Assembly: GCA_016618085.1 (NCBI GenBank)
Contig: JABLTG010000146.1
Span: forward strand, 1 to 50,406
Direction of reading: 5' to 3'
DNA from: Neovahlkampfia damariscottae
Lineage: Eukaryota
Length of the DNA stretch: 50,406 bases
The first letter of the stretch is position 1. Every line of letters begins with the position of its first letter. A program made the position numbers and the translations under genes. The notes under the pieces were generated by a model. It was not told where the DNA came from. It did not search any database and saw only the letters and a program-made list of their open reading frames with translations. Below are positions 50,127 to 50,406 of this stretch, piece by piece.

Positions 50127-50406
50127 TCTATATTGTTCACCCACTTGTAAACTGGCAAAAATGACCAAAATGGAGTAGAAAGGAGTTGGGTCTCATCGCC
50201 CGAATCATATAGATTCAGACTCATATTTAGAGATTTGATCATTATATTTCTTGCAGCATTCAAATCTCTATCTGCTTTATAAGAACAACTTGGACACATA
50301 AATCTCTTTTTTCCATAAAGTTTTTGATGTATTTTTCCACATTGACCACATGTCTTTGAAGTGTATTCTTCTGTAACTATTTTGAGAGATACTTCCGGGT
50401 ATTCTC
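50105..50406 (-). CDS. C-terminal part of a Fanzor2 / IS607-TnpB-like RNA-guided endonuclease (5' truncated by window edge)
   Basis: Frame is open from the window edge: EYPEVSLKIVTEEYTSKTCGQCGKIHQKLYGKKRFMCPSCSYKADRDLNAARNIMIK. This contains V-x-E-x-Y-T-S-K-T-C, a CxxC...CxxC zinc ribbon and RuvC-III DRDxNAAxNI. Confidence 0.92.
   Translation of the reverse strand, partial: EYPEVSLKIVTEEYTSKTCGQCGKIHQKLYGKKRFMCPSCSYKADRDLNAARNIMIKSLNMSLNLYDSGDETQLLSTPFWSFLPVYKWVNNIEHKRNQN
50107..50240 (-). ncRNA. Candidate Fanzor omegaRNA (scaffold + 3' guide)
   Basis: Located immediately 3' of RuvC-III, locally GC-richer, with hairpin TCTGAATC-TATAT-GATTCGGG (50219-50199) and possible ACCCA/TGGGT long-range pairing. 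Boundaries are approximate. Confidence 0.5.
50127..50406 (-). mobile_element. Right end of a Fanzor-encoding transposon-like element
   Basis: The TnpB/Fanzor C-terminus abuts a disrupted host gene. The boundary at ~50127-50128 is inferred only from where host-like coding sequence begins. Confidence 0.6.

Noticed and set aside
177..50406. tRNA, rRNA or spliceosomal snRNA genes
   Set aside because: I saw no recognisable signatures by eye; tRNAscan-SE or Infernal would be needed to exclude them.

Overview
Left end of a chromosome from a very AT-rich, gene-dense microbial eukaryote using the standard genetic code. It is probably a heterolobosean or Naegleria-like protist, an inference from the TTTGGG telomere repeat, the tiny introns and the gene content. 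The window opens with an (AAACCC)n telomeric tract that degenerates inward. About 29 intact protein-coding genes follow, split by roughly 26-43 nt GT-AG introns and often only 3-60 nt apart, most with a CCAAT/ATTGG box close to the ATG. Most are housekeeping genes: ATG12, SAM synthetase, PLD, ARP5, CHMP2, SLC25A17, SEC15, RNase H2A, EBP2, CobW, copine, Ras, a kleisin and p24. Highlights: (1) the 3' end of a Fanzor2/TnpB-like RNA-guided nuclease gene at the right edge, whose putative omegaRNA runs directly into the ATG-less 5' end of a pseudogenised DsbA/HCCA-isomerase gene, so the guide would be host-gene derived; (2) an apparent 1-nt microexon; (3) a ~2,590-aa repeat protein with two kinds of zinc finger; (4) a subtelomeric kinase-STAND NTPase-GAF-adenylate cyclase. 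Exon structures were parsed by eye and family calls come from motif recognition; no database search was run.
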